The notes below the pieces were generated by a model. It made no database searches. It was given only the letters and a program-made list of their open reading frames with translations, and was not told the origin of the DNA. 64,000 nt of DNA. It comes from Octopus vulgaris (taxonomy: Eukaryota). Numbering within the stretch: the stretch's first letter is position 1; each line of letters starts with the position of its first letter. The stretch covers positions 82,026,001 to 82,090,000 of the forward strand of contig OX597827.1 of NCBI GenBank assembly GCA_951406725.2, in the 5' to 3' direction. The position numbers were made by a program, and so were the translations under genes. Positions 13,000 through 25,491 of the stretch are shown here, piece by piece.

Positions 13000-13690
13000 C
13001 CCTAAAATAATGTAACTCATAGATGTTATCCAATCATTTTGCTTGTAGTCTACCCCTGGATTTTGCCCATTTAATCCTGGTAGGGACAGAGTCCTCAAGC
13101 ATGCCTTCCATCATGTCCCCTGAAAAGCAATTGTCCCCATTTGATTGGCTGGATTCCTAAGTGAGACCAACCAAGCTCATGAATGTCATCCAATCATTAA
13201 GTTTGTTCTCTACCCCTAGGGGTCTCTTGCTGTTTGGTTTTGCCCATAATACTTGTTCAGAAATGCATTCCTGAGTAATGTTTACATGTTGTAACATCAA
13301 AGCTGTAACCTCTCAATTCAGATAAGTGGTGGCTCTATCTGGAGTGGCTCTCTGATCTCCAAGCTATGCACTTTATTGATTAATGTTACTTGAACAACCC
13401 TTTGTCGGGTGGAAATCCCCATCTTGCTTCTATATGCAATCGTAGTCTTTCAGGCATTACCCAAGATTCATGACCAAAGGTAGGGGTAGGTACAAATACC
13501 GAATTGAAGATAGCGAGTTTGATTTTTACATCTAAATCCCATCTTCTGATGACCGAATGTTGAACTGGCACCATTACTGCACCTAATTCGTCCTCCTGTC
13601 TTCCATCATTCATGAAGATGACCCCAAGACACTTGAACTTCCCCACCTGCTTCAGTGGAACTCCACTCACATGTAGAGTACCTTAAGCAG
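13000..13690 (-). mobile_element. RTE-clade LINE 3' fragment, degenerate
   Basis: ORF 13386-13670: LKQVGKFKCLGVIF..DGRQEDEL..KLAIFNSVFVPTPTFGHESWVM. Downstream remnants resemble RPLGVEQT and RLQAK*LD (GRPRxxWxD-like). Confidence 0.7.
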
Positions 13691-14076
13691 GCTGCCTAGG
13701 GATCAATGGAGAGTTTCATCTCCAGATGAAGGCTCAAGTATTTGTGTTCAGATAAATTGTCAAAACCATTCTCTGTGAGTATTGGACGCTCACTTCTCCT
13801 GCTCATAATCTTTATGGGACAGGATTTGACTTGTGCTGCCAGGTTGGAAGTAGAATCAAGACCAGCGGATGTGGGATCAGTCAGGGGACATGGCACTCTG
13901 TGGCTCATCGGAAGGGGATCTCCATCATGCACTCAATAGGGTTGCTGTTGAGTGCTGCTCAGCAGGAATGAAAAGGAAATGATGATGATGATGATTTCTA
14001 AAGAAACGTTTTAGTGGTGGGAGACAAAGTGTAACTAATCGAATCAACCCTGATCTCGGTTGTTATTTCATTGTAG

Positions 14077-14124
14077 GAAAGACGCAACCAACGTCAGGAG
14101 GCTTTAAAGGGACATAACTCTTAA
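14077..14124 (+). CDS. Candidate alternative terminal exon of the protocadherin (phase 0: ERRNQRQEALKGHNS*)
   Basis: Acceptor ttgttatttcattgtag|GAA; in frame with the phase-0 donor at 5031; AATAAA at 14154-14159. Confidence 0.3.
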   Translation, partial: ERRNQRQEALKGHNS

Positions 14125-14399
14125 CACTGAGAAAGACATTGTAGTGTTTCGGAAATAAAAACAATAATAATAATACTGAACGTCAGTAAGAGTAGCAACA
14201 ACAATAATTATAATAATAAAAATAATGCTTTCTTTAATATTTGCATGGGTTGACGGATTGCAGCTGATGATTCTGTCTGAGATTGCATAAAAAGACATGG
14301 AAACAAGAGAAATAGAAAGAAAGAAAACCTTTTAAAGGGCAGTGAAAGCAAGGGCTACTCATGGAACCCCAACACAACCCCCAGCAGTCACGCTGACCA

Positions 14400-14865
14400 G
14401 ACTCCATCACATGCCAGGGGAGAAAAATAGACGTAGTTGATAGCTTCCGTTACCTAGGTGACCAAGTCAGTAGCCGGGGTGGATGCTCTGAGAGCATAAC
14501 TGTTAGAATAAGAATAGCCTGGGCAAAGTTCAGGGAGCTCCTACATAGGGCCTCTCACTCAGAGTGAAAGGTAGGCTGTATGAACAGCCATGCTATATGG
14601 TAGTAAAACATGGGCTGTGAATGGTGAGGACATGCGGTACCCATGCTGGTGGCACATAAAAAGCATTCCAGTGTAGTCGATGCTAGTACTGCCTGCTGGC
14701 TTCTGTGCCAGTGGCATGTAAAAAGAACCCACTTCACTCTTAGAGTGGTTGGCATTAAGAAGGACATCCAGCTGTAGAAACCTTGCCAGATGAGATTGGT
14801 TTGCCAGTCCTCAGTCAAACTGTCTAACCCATGCCAGCATGGAAAGTGGACGTTAAATGATGACA
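14400..14865 (+). mobile_element. RTE LINE fragment with 3' UTR repeat
   Basis: ITCQGEKIDVVDSFRYLGDQVSSRGGCSESITVRIRIAWAKFRELL, similar to 47460-47600. Followed by the shared gagtggttggcattaagaagg...gatgac tail. Confidence 0.7.
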
Positions 14866-15952
14866 GTCATAGGCGCAGGAGTGACTGTGTGGTAAGATGC
14901 TTGTGTCACAGCCCTATGGTTCCAGGTTCAGTCCCATTGTGTGGCACCTTGGGCAAGTGTCTTTTATTATTATAGCCCCAGGCCGACCAAAGTCCAACTT
15001 CTGTATCCAGATTCTAAATTCATATTTATACCAATAGCAACTGGAGCAATTGGTTTTGAGAGCAAATGCCTAAGTGTGAATCTGGATAAGCTTGGGTTTT
15101 CAGGAAAGGAACCCAACCAAAAGACTTTCCTCGGGTTTAAAACATGACATTGTTTTCATTATCTCCATTCCAATGATGGAGTTCTGCATCTTTGTTAGAA
15201 AACGCTCCAGCTTTACAGGAATATTTTGAATAATTAAAAATAGAAGAGAAGCTACATACGTACACTTACCCATGCATGCATATATATACGTTCATACATA
15301 GATTCATGTAAACATACAAACCTGAACTTATCCAATCTGTGTGTGTGTGTGTGTGCTGACCTAATGGATATATTCACACTAATTGATATGGGATCTTAAA
15401 AAGGATCATATAAATACGTTACATAGCTTTATATGTTTCCCATCAACATTGCCAAATAAATTCACACGTTTTGAACTCTGCAAACAAACTCTGAGGCCTT
15501 CGTGGATTAGAGAAAGCAGAGCTACGTTGCAGAAATGGGAAATCTATAAAAATATGGAACACGTTTACTAATTTTTGGTTTTTCAAGTGTAATTGGCCTT
15601 TGATTAAGTACGCACATGCACATGGCTACATGTGATGGCTACCAATAGTGGCTGTGTGTCACACCCATGTATTGTGGCTCCATGTTGTAGCTGTGCCAAT
15701 GTATTCATATTCCCATATTACAACACACCCGACACGACCCTGCAGTCTCACTCTGCAATGGCTATTCCTGATAATATTCAAATTTTTTTCTAGCTGGGTG
15801 ATGACTAGGTTACCAACGACCTCCCTATTCACAACAATGTCTTACAAAATATCTCAATACCATTTGATGAAGTTATTTTCGTACGATGTCATTCATGATA
15901 TTTTCTGTTGGACAGTGACAAACACAATTCCATAGAGTTATGGGAGAGAGAA

Positions 15953-16160
15953 GGCGGTGGTGAGCCGTTAGCACGCCGGGTGAAACGCTTAGCGGTACTT
16001 CGTGTGCCGCTACGTTCTGAGTTCAAATTCCACAGAGGTCGACTTTGCCTTTCATCCTTTCAGGGTTGATACATTAAGTACCAGTTGCGTACTGGGGTCA
16101 ATCTAATCGGCTAGCCCCACCTGCTCCAAAATTTCGGGCTTTGTGCCTAGAGTAGAATAG
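15953..16160 (+). mobile_element. tRNA-derived SINE, well-preserved copy
   Basis: ggcggtggtgagccgttagcacgccgggtgaaacgcttagc..gagttcaaattcc..gaggtcgactttgcctttcatcc. Confidence 0.75.
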
Positions 16161-18156
16161 TGGGAGAGAGTAGGGAGAGACCCCATCACCAGTGTATTTT
16201 CTAAAGATTTTAATCCCACTTCGTTCAAACATAAAACGTAGCGAGTTGTACCTCATTAAATTCCTGATTATTTGACACTCGTCAAAAACAATATTTCTCT
16301 CTAATTAATAATGGTCTGCATTGGCCAAGAAACATTTAACACAATAGCTTTGTACTGTGAAAAGATGAGAGCCCTTATCTTTCATATGGGGTCGACTCAT
16401 CTCCCCAAAAAAGTCGTTCATGGAATAGAATGTGGTACAGACAGAAAAGAACGCATAGAACACGATTTTGGGGGAGAAGTTTATAGAAATCTTAAAATAA
16501 CTAATGCATGTTCCAGCATGGCCACAACAAGGATAATTTTAAAGAAGCGAACACCTTCCCATCCACGGTGGAAAGAGAAGTAAATTAAAATAGTGATGCC
16601 TTCCTGCTTCCAAATTTTGTCCCTTAATGAGGAAGGCCTGATTACAAGAACCTACAACCTTATCTTTCGCAATATATACTACACTGCTTTATTATACAAA
16701 GGAAGGACATTTGTCGTGAATGCATTCTGATGGGATGTCACGGCTGGAATGTCCGGTTAGAACTAACTAGCAAATAAAAAGGAACCAGAGGCCAACATTT
16801 CGATGCTTCTGCTATTCGGTGGTTATCTCCCTTGCTTTCTGCTCCTAAAGGCTAATATCTTTATTGCCATATAATCAACTCTAAATTGAAGAATTGCACA
16901 TTTCATTCAGGATTGTCACGGCTGGAACCTCAGTAATTCTAATTCTCTGACAACATCAATATTTAATATCGTGTAGCAATAATAGTGAGAAATTATTTCC
17001 GCAACAAATAACCTGGGTTTAATGATGAGTTATCTCCACCTGATAAAGATTATCCTGGATTGTTTTGTATTAATTACTTCCCTTAGATTAACTGCATTCC
17101 TATGGCGAAATTATCTCCCTTTGACTATTTACTCTCTCAAAGCAGACAACCATTTAGATCAGGTGTTTCCAACCATTTTTTAAAGATCTTATCGACCCCT
17201 TTGATTACTATTTTATTCTGGTGGACCGCCAAAGCCATTCGATGTCTAAAATCTAGTTTTATAGAAACTCCTTTCAAAGCTCCTACTAAATTTTTCGCAC
17301 ATTAACTTGTGTAGGTTAAAACATTGAAGTGAAGTAGTGACATTGATACCAACGTCTGTTAATCTAGCGACACCTTTTGGATGAGAGACAATTTCAGGGG
17401 AACCTGTAACGTTACACGGTGTCCATAAAGTATCTTTACAAATTGATAAAAGAAAGTTGTGGAAGTTGTAAAGGTAATTTATGAACAGGATATTTTTTCC
17501 CCAAGTGATATGAGGAAGGATTTTGTTATCACCAAGAATGGTCAATTTTTAATTTCCTAAATTCCTTCTAGCAATCTCGAGAATCGTTGAGGTCAGGGAT
17601 TGTTACTAAATTTAAAAACACCTGCAAAGAATCGAAGAAGTGGTTTTCAGTATAGTATAATGTGTGTCTGTTTCTCATTAGATCATAGCAAAAGAAATAG
17701 ATTCAGGGACAGAAGTATTGCACTCTTGGGGTCCTTGTGTTGATGAGAACTTCTTTAATACGATATTATCATGTTATACATGGATGCTGGGCATCAAGTG
17801 CAATTTCCCCCAAACTTGACTTTGCCGTTCATTTTTTTGGCGGTTGATCAAATAAAGTACCAGCTGAATACTGGGGTCGATATAATGGACTTACTCCCCC
17901 ACCCCGAAATTGCTGGGCTTGAGCCAAAATTTGAAAGTAATAGCTCTTTGTGCTGTACTCAGACTTTGGTTTCATGTGTCATCTTTCAGGAAAATGAAAG
18001 ATGGTTTTTTTTCTCCTAAACACAGTTTGAAAATATCTGAAAGGGGCTGGGGTCAAGCATTAAGGTTTAAACAATTGGATTAAACCAATTACACATATGT
18101 TTCTAATTGATATATCATAATTAAGTTCACATATTTCTTTTTTCTTCTATTTCCAG

Positions 18157-18183
18157 CTGCCAACCCGTATCCCAAAGCGATAA
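18157..18183 (+). CDS. Candidate terminal coding exon of the protocadherin (phase 0: LPTRIPKR*), followed by 3' UTR
   Basis: Strong acceptor atatttcttttttcttctatttccag|CTG; unique-sequence island; AATAAA at about 18605. Joining to the 5030 donor is inferred. Confidence 0.45.
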   Translation: MPTRIPKR

Positions 18184-18679
18184 AATTATGCTGACCCTTT
18201 CAACAGAAACTGTTCCATTATCTCCTTCAAGAGACCAATTCAAGGATGACATCACAATTTCACCGATGACACACACACATACACATATATATATATGTAT
18301 ATGTATGTGTGTGTGTGTGTATATATATGTATATATATATATATTATGCATAAACATATATAAATATATACATATATATATATATGCATATGTATACATA
18401 GACATATATATATGCATATGTATGCATATATATATATATATATACACACATATATATATATATATATATAAAGAGAGAGTGAGAAAGAGAGTGAAAGAGA
18501 GAGAGAGAGAGAGACAAAGACAGAAAACTCCCTGGATAAATAATTAACTGCTATATGAACAAGAAGAGCAATATGTGGACCCAAAAACAAATAATGATAA
18601 AGAAAATAAAATAAAAAGAAACTAAACATATACACAGCAAAATCTAAAGAACAATGGACATCCTCAACTCACAAACACA

Positions 18680-18721
<42 letters not shown>

Positions 18722-19129
18722 AATACATATACACATAGATACATATATATATATATATATGTATGTATGTATATGCGAATACATATACATACATATATAT
18801 ATATATATATACACATACATAAATATATATACATACATATATATATATATGTATGTGTACGTATATATATATATATGTATGTGTATGTATACGTATGTAT
18901 ACATACATACACATACATACATACAGACACACTCACACACACATATATATATATCGCATATTTGAAAGCAAATTGAGACAAAAGCAGTAAATGTTAAAAA
19001 AAGACGTTTTTTTTACTGAATTCTACAAAATCTGACTCAATATTTCAAAGGATTTCAGTTGGAAATTCCATTTTATATATTTTCTACTTTTTGTGTTTTC
19101 ATTTGTTTTTTTGTTTGTTTGTAATATTT

Positions 19130-19313
19130 CAAACATTTATTTACTTTTTAATTTCTTATCATTATTATTATTATTATTTGAATTTTTTTTTTCTTTTTTT
19201 TTTTTATATATTTCGTTTTGTTTGTCATCGTTGCTGACAAAAGGCGTTGTCATCGATATGAGGTTCATATCTACCATGGTTCAATGTGGGCCGACTGCTG
19301 CTCACCGGCAGAA
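19130..19313 (-). other. Candidate 3'-terminal exon of an unidentified minus-strand gene
   Basis: Minus-strand acceptor ttgttgttgttttttgtttgatag|TTCTGCCGGTGAG. Possible readings: FCR*, xLPVSSSRPTLNHGRYEPHIDDNAFCQQR* or xSAGEQQSAHIEPW*. Minus-strand AATAAA at 19141-19136. Confidence 0.4.
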
Positions 19314-20264
19314 CTATCAAACAAAAAACAACAACAACAAATATATGTGTGCACTTGGAAGTGTTAATAATAATAATAATAATTATAATAATAATAACAA
19401 TAATTATAATGATGATGATGATGATGCTAATATTAATTTGATATTAATAATAATGATGATGATGATGATAATGATGATAATAATATTCATTCTGATGATA
19501 GAAGAAATGATGCGTACAAAAGGGAATGACATTGAAGAAATACTACTACTAATACGACCTTTTCTTCTTCTCCTCCTCCTACTACTATTACTGACTTTCC
19601 TCCTAATACAACTACTACAACCACTACTACTACTGCTACTACTGCTGCTGCTGCTACTACTACTGCCAATGTCTCAGTGTTGAAGATGGCCACCTCAACT
19701 GTTTTTTCTATCACTCTACAGTGGTAGGTTGTTATGCTTAGCTGTTGTTTGTAAATACATACACACACACACACACCTCTGACCCTAACCCCCACCACAC
19801 ACACTTAACCTCTGACCCTTGCCTCCCACCACCACCACCACTACTATCACCAAGGACAGCATATCACTCATGTCTACAGCCACCTCCACCGCCGCCACCA
19901 CCACCACCACCACTACTTCTCTGTTGTCTGTGTATATTATTACTGGAAGTACCACATACCCTGGTACACAGTGCCTTTATTACCAATCTAAGCCTCACTT
20001 CTCTCAGCTGGCTTCTTTTTCTTTTCCTTTCTTCCTCCTCCTCCATCCCTCTTCCTTCCTTTGTTCCTTCCAGCCTTCCTTTCTTTCGTTTCTTTCCTCC
20101 TTCCAAGTTTCTTGCTATCACATCTTCCACAAAGAAGCAGCACACACACAAACACACTCACACATGTACGGACAAAAACCTATGTAGAATTAATATACAA
20201 ATACCTGTATAGTCTACAGAGCTAAGTGTATATATTTCTCTGTGAATATATAAACATGTATGTG

Positions 20265-20299
<35 letters not shown>

Positions 20300-20877
20300 G
20301 TGTGTGTGTATGTATATATATATGTGTGTGTATGTGTATATATATATATATATATATGTATATATAATATAGATAGATATATATATGTATATAATTGACT
20401 TCAAATAGACCCCCAGCCTCCCAAAATGTACAAAACTTCTAATTCGAGAATGTATCCATATATACACTTATACATACATGCACATAATATAAATCTACAC
20501 ACACACACACATATATATATACACACACACAGATACACACATATATGTATGTATTTATATACATACATACATATATATATGCACACACACACACATGCAG
20601 ACACTCACACGCAGACATCATAAGCCTACAGTCTGTGTGTCTGTTTTGTGGGAAAGTGGAACTTTGACATAAGGGAGATAACTCATAGACATTTCTCTTG
20701 ACCATGTCTTTAGACTAAAACTTGTGCAACACCCTGACTCATAACTCTGCTCACTCCCTCCCCATACACAACCCCTGTAAATATACACTCCCTGTTCCTC
20801 TCTAAGAAATTATTATCATTATTATAATCGACTCTTCCCACCCTCAAATGTGTGGCCATGTGCCTGTGTTAGAAAAC

Positions 20878-20928
<51 letters not shown>

Positions 20929-21163
20929 TTGGATGGCCAAGTTGGGGCAGTGGGGAAAAGGCATATGATTCAGATAAGTTGGGGTATCCAAAAGAATTTA
21001 AAAATGAATTCTTGGCATCCTCAAAATATCTGAGTCCCACCTTGAAACTCACCCAACCCTCTACAATATAAGGTGTACCAGTTATATATTGAGGTAAACA
21101 ATTTCAATCAACTGCACTTTTGTTCCTTTACAAATATGACATGGTGCCCTCTCAAAAAAAATC

Positions 21164-21208
<45 letters not shown>

Positions 21209-21370
21209 GAGCGCCATGGTGTGGCGGCAAATTCTTGGCAAATCAAATCTACAATCGGGGTTTCAATCTTACCATTGGAACTCGTTCATTTACTTCATTA
21301 AGGCCCCTTGAAGAGGGCAGCACTATCATGACTTTCTTTAATTTTAAGGCTTTGAGCCTAATTTAAGCAA

Positions 21371-21420
<50 letters not shown>

Positions 21421-21857
21421 AGTTATATTTTGTTACTGTGTAACTTGTATTTGATAAAACTATAAAAACATTCTACATACATACACACTGTATATGAGTG
21501 TATATCCATGCATGTGCTTTAAAATATGCGTCTCTGTATTGTCATGAGAAAAGTATGTCCACGCAGATATATACAGATAGATAATTAGATATACATACAC
21601 ATATATGAAAGATATTGGTGGTAGAAAATATCAGAATAGGTATGAGAGTAGATGCTTAAGCAGGGTATGTGGTTTAAATGGAAGAGAAGGGGATTGGCCA
21701 TCATCATCCATAGCTGGACCCTGCAGAAGGTAAGTCATCCATTTGCCACCACTCCTCACCTCCCCCCCCAACTGGATCAAACAAGAGATGGGAACCAAAA
21801 CCAGAAGAAGAGATTGATTTCCTTGTGGTATGACACATAATATTGAGATTATATACT

Positions 21858-21889
<32 letters not shown>

Positions 21890-21974
21890 TATGCATGAAT
21901 ACATATATATATATATATATGTATGTATCTATTGGTACATAATTATGAACATGACAGTACATACATGAGGTATG

Positions 21975-22375
21975 TACCATCCATCACAGAGGTCGGCTGT
22001 CCTGCTGATGTGAATGTCTCTTTAAAATCAAAAAGAAAGAAGATAACCATGGACAACTGCTTCGAAACCTCCAGCTTCTAAATCCAGATTATTATAAATT
22101 CATATTTATGCCAATGATAATTGGATCACTTGGTTTTGTAAGCGAATGCCTAACTGAGTCTGGACACTCTTGGATTTTCAGAAAAAGAAATCAACCGATT
22201 CACACATTACAACTACAATCTGTAGGGGGAACAGTAAAACTGTGCACATCATGCCTCACATTTAGAAGGGGGGACGTTGTTTTCACTCTCTAGATTTCCA
22301 AAGACGAAGCTTTCTTTGTTTGTTACAGACCAACTCCTTCTTCAGAGAAAGGAATCAAATAACCAAATACAGAAG
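21975..22375 (+). mobile_element. RLE non-LTR 3' fragment (same family as 28825-29320)
   Basis: EVGCPADVNVSLKIKKKEDNHGQLLRNLQLLNPD..PMIIGSLGFVSECL..LQLQSVGGTVKLC. Confidence 0.6.
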
Positions 22376-25300
22376 TAATATGTGTGTGTGTGCAATAAAA
22401 CTATAAATGATAAATTCCCTAAACAAGTGTAACCCTTAACGGAACTAGAATCTCAATGAGAGACAATCATAAAATGAGAATACAAGACCTAAAAAGTTCC
22501 CAACAAAAAACATATACAAACACAACAAACGCTTAAATCCCAATTTCAGACATCATAATGGTTTCCCCATGTGTGTGATGTCATTCAATTCCGAGTCAAA
22601 AACAAAGCTAGTGCATGGGAATAGCAGGAGCCAAACATACAATGTTTGTCAGACGTAGAACACTGTGTTGCTGGAGACCAGGAATAGCATCACTGAAATC
22701 TCTACCAGATTCCTGCAACAGCAGCAACAAACAACACACAGAGAAAAAAATGCAGATAAAATACTAAAATTTGTCAACTGATCCCATTACAGCTTTGCAG
22801 TCAAGTGTGGTTTTAATGACTTTATTGTTGATAGTGTCCCCTCGTAATTGTGGTTTCCTTTTTTTATTTTATCAAAAAAGGAAGAAACAATTTTGTGATA
22901 AACCCAATATTTCATGTTGTAACTGAGCAAGGCCTAGACTCATTGCAATTGAGGATATCTGTTCTTCAGACAAAGAGTTGATCCTTACACAGGCAATCAG
23001 ACTGGTGAAGGGATGAGGAAAGTAGCAATTTGAGGGAAGAAAGATGGTAGTTGAGAAGGAAAAGGTCTGTTACTGTTGGCTCCTGAATTCTTTGGTGATT
23101 CTGTCCATTAGTTTGCCTGCAATCATTGCACTTGAGCTTTATGTGCAGCTATTGTTTTTTGGCTGAGGAGTCCAGGCAAAGAGAAAAGTTAGACAGAGGG
23201 GCCCAGGTCTGACAGGGTTAAGTTGACACCTGTTTATAAAATACAAATACAAATTCTAGATCTCCAACATACTGTAAATTGTTACATAACCCAAATTATG
23301 AAACAGATTAAACCAAGTGAAGGATAGTAAAATAGAGGAAATGACTCCAAATGGACGTGGATTAAATGTAGCAAACGGAAGTTATTAAAATAAATTAAGA
23401 AATACTTGAATCAATAACAATAGTAATTTCTTATCTTAGCCAGAGTAGCATAGATGAAGGGGACATCATAAGGAGGGACAACAATTTGTGTGGGGATTAA
23501 CAAAAAGGATGGAGAGAGAGAGAGAGAGACAGGGAAAAGAAAGTGAAATGTGATAATATGAATGATGCAGGTCTCTTGATACAGGAGAGACTCCTGCTAG
23601 GGACAACCAAGAAACACCAGAGATACAGAGGCTTCTCTCTTCCTCTCTAATCTACAGGTACATGATGATGATGATGAAAGGAATAACCCTACTCCTGTTT
23701 CACAGTGTAAGAAACATAACTAAGAATAGGGGAACCCCTCTTCTTCTCAGACCTGCAAATCGAAAATGAGATAAACTAAAAAATAGACATTTTTGTATTT
23801 AATGCATCAAAAAAATATATTCTAGAAAATATATGGAAATGAACATGACTACCTAACATAGCAAAAACAGATTTAAGGAATGGAAAAGTAATTCCAACAC
23901 ACCAAATTTACTGGAAATATATCCACATAAACACCTGAGCAGCCAATAGCTTCCTGGTTATTGGTTTTGATGAAAGAGTTATTGTCATTTAGAAGCAGAG
24001 GCCCAGAAGCTTCTAAGTGAACATGATGTACTAAAGTTAAAGGCATGAATTGAGGAGGTCCTCATTACCCACTGAACTCTGCTGCTGTGGCTTGCCATCA
24101 AGGAAATAGGCATGGAGACTGAAACTAGCTCAAGATGGCTTTGACCAAATAAGGGACCACAATTGGAAACCTTCCAAAGGTGAAGACTAACTCAGTCCTT
24201 GCTGCCCCACCCAGGTGAAGTGTACAAGCTAAGGGGCAAGACCCTTGTGACCCCAAGATACCTGCTGATAATGATACAAAACCTCTGAGTAGCTCCTGCT
24301 GTTTGTGTGTGGGGCAAAGCATCTCTGGTGTTTACTTCACCGATGATGACAGACACAAAAACACAACCATCAATACTAACACCAGGTCAAACTAATCCCT
24401 ACAAACGTTCACACGAGAACTGTGCCCTATGCATTCGTTTTGCAAGATTCTTGATGTGAAACAGACATTGTTATATTTGGGGATGGTCATATTTGGCTCG
24501 TCTACTGGTTTTAGACACAAGGCTTTTTGCATAAGTCTACATAGAAAAGAATGGAGAGCAGCGGATGTATAGTGACTGGGGTGGCTCTGCGATAGCTACC
24601 CTGAGAAATTAGATATATTATTCATAAGGAGAGTATTAACTGGTGACCTTGAAGAAAGCCTAGACTTTCAGAGCTCAGGGTCAGTCCAAAGAATTCATTC
24701 CACTCAGCTATGGTACTCATGATTTCTTCTCCCATGAATCTTTCTATGAATCTAGCTGGTAATATTTCCATGTATATGTCAAGTTAGACATAGCCTGGTC
24801 CAATTTTGGCCCAAACCTATCTAAGTATATTAGTGTGTCTATTAATTGCTGAGAGGGATACTGTATTTCATTTTGTAACCATAGTATTACAGTTTCAAAA
24901 TGAAATATGGTGTCCATACTAGCAATTGGCAGGTATGCGTTTGATGTGTAGATTGGTCTAACCATTACCTGTCTTTTCTATCTTTGATCACATTGTTTGC
25001 AGAGATGTATTCGTTATAGCAAACATTGTAACTCGCAGTGCTGGCTCTGAATTCCTTTGAAAAGCAGTAAAGATAAACTTGAATATATATATATATATGT
25101 ATATATATATTCTTTTACCTCTTTCAGTCATTTGACTGTGGCCATGCTAGAACACTGCCTTTAGTCGAGCAAATCGACCCCAAGACTTATTCTTTGTAAG
25201 CCTAGTATTTATTCTATTGGTCTTTTTTGCCAACCAGCTAAGTTACAAGGAACATAAACACACCAACACTGGTTGCCAAGTAGTGATAGGGGCACAAACA

Positions 25301-25491
25301 TAAACACAAATAGACACACACATACATATGGTTGGCCCAAGGCTATAGTAAAAGCCACTTGCCCAAGGTGCCACGCAATGGGAGTGAACCCGGAACCATG
25401 TGGTTGGTAAGCAAGTGACTAACCACAGCCACTTCTATATATAATTTGGGTTGACCAAGGCCAAATCTTTCTTGAGTGAAAATAAGATGTA

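Noticed and set aside
16311-16583. 90-aa ORF as a possible Helitron or host exon
   Set aside because: No diagnostic motif recognised.
17716-17735. TATTGCACTC resembling miR-92
   Set aside because: Only the 5' part matches and no hairpin partner is evident.
19093-20212. ORFs 19093-19683 and 19745-20212
   Set aside because: They are dominated by trinucleotide repeats, with no domain content.
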